Shown piece after piece: positions 63,734-64,000 of a DNA stretch of 64,000 bases. The number at the start of each line of letters is the position of its first letter. Position 1 is the first letter of the stretch. Source of the DNA: the human T2T-CHM13v2.0 reference genome, Homo sapiens; assembly GCF_009914755.1 (NCBI RefSeq), contig NC_060930.1; one strand, given 5' to 3'. The translations under genes were made by a program, and so were the position numbers. The notes under the pieces were generated by a model that worked only from the letters and a program-made list of their open reading frames with translations, searched no databases and was not told the origin of the DNA.

Positions 63734-64000
63734 TCATTGTCAGCACAAGTTGTAACAACCCCATCGCCCTCTGCCAGAGGTGGAGAAATTGGGCTCATCA
63801 TCGTCTATCTATGTTTCCCAAGGTTCTGAGTAGTTCATCTGTCATGATCCCAAACTCCTCCAACAGGTCTTGGCGATGTGATTCATGTCATTTCTGATTC
63901 ATCCAGGGATGATGTCTGTCTTTTCCATTTCTCCCGTGGTACTCAGTCCTGTAACAATACACTTGGGAAGTTTTCTTCTTTGTGTTTCCAAAACCCCTGT

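Overview
Primate, almost certainly human, non-coding genomic DNA. The young AluY copies, a solo LTR12C and an L1Hs-type 3' end support that assignment. I see no protein-coding gene, tRNA, rRNA or CRISPR array. The long ORFs in the track come from Alus, a minisatellite, LTR12C or microsatellites. The window holds about 56 Alu-family insertions, old L2/MIR/L1M fragments, several MaLR/ERVL LTRs, Tigger2 and MER33 DNA transposons, a solo LTR12C (ERV9) inserted into an Alu, and a G-rich 30-bp VNTR. Repeat-poor blocks at about 9.5-11.3, 13.4-16.5 and 22.5-24.5 kb carry dense enhancer-type motifs, which fits an intron or gene desert near a regulated gene. I cannot name the locus. The best leads are: (1) a ~30-nt L1Hs micro-insertion with a full target-site duplication (TSD); (2) a ~50-nt two-hairpin non-Alu retroposed RNA with A-tail and TSD; (3) an L2-derived VNTR whose consensus unit contains the PRDM9 13-mer; (4) an ~87-bp templated duplication 3.5 kb from its source; (5) a symmetric TATA/GC-box promoter with a possible minus-strand spliced lncRNA. 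No new multi-gene system is supportable from the sequence. Repeat boundaries and subfamily names are by eye and approximate.
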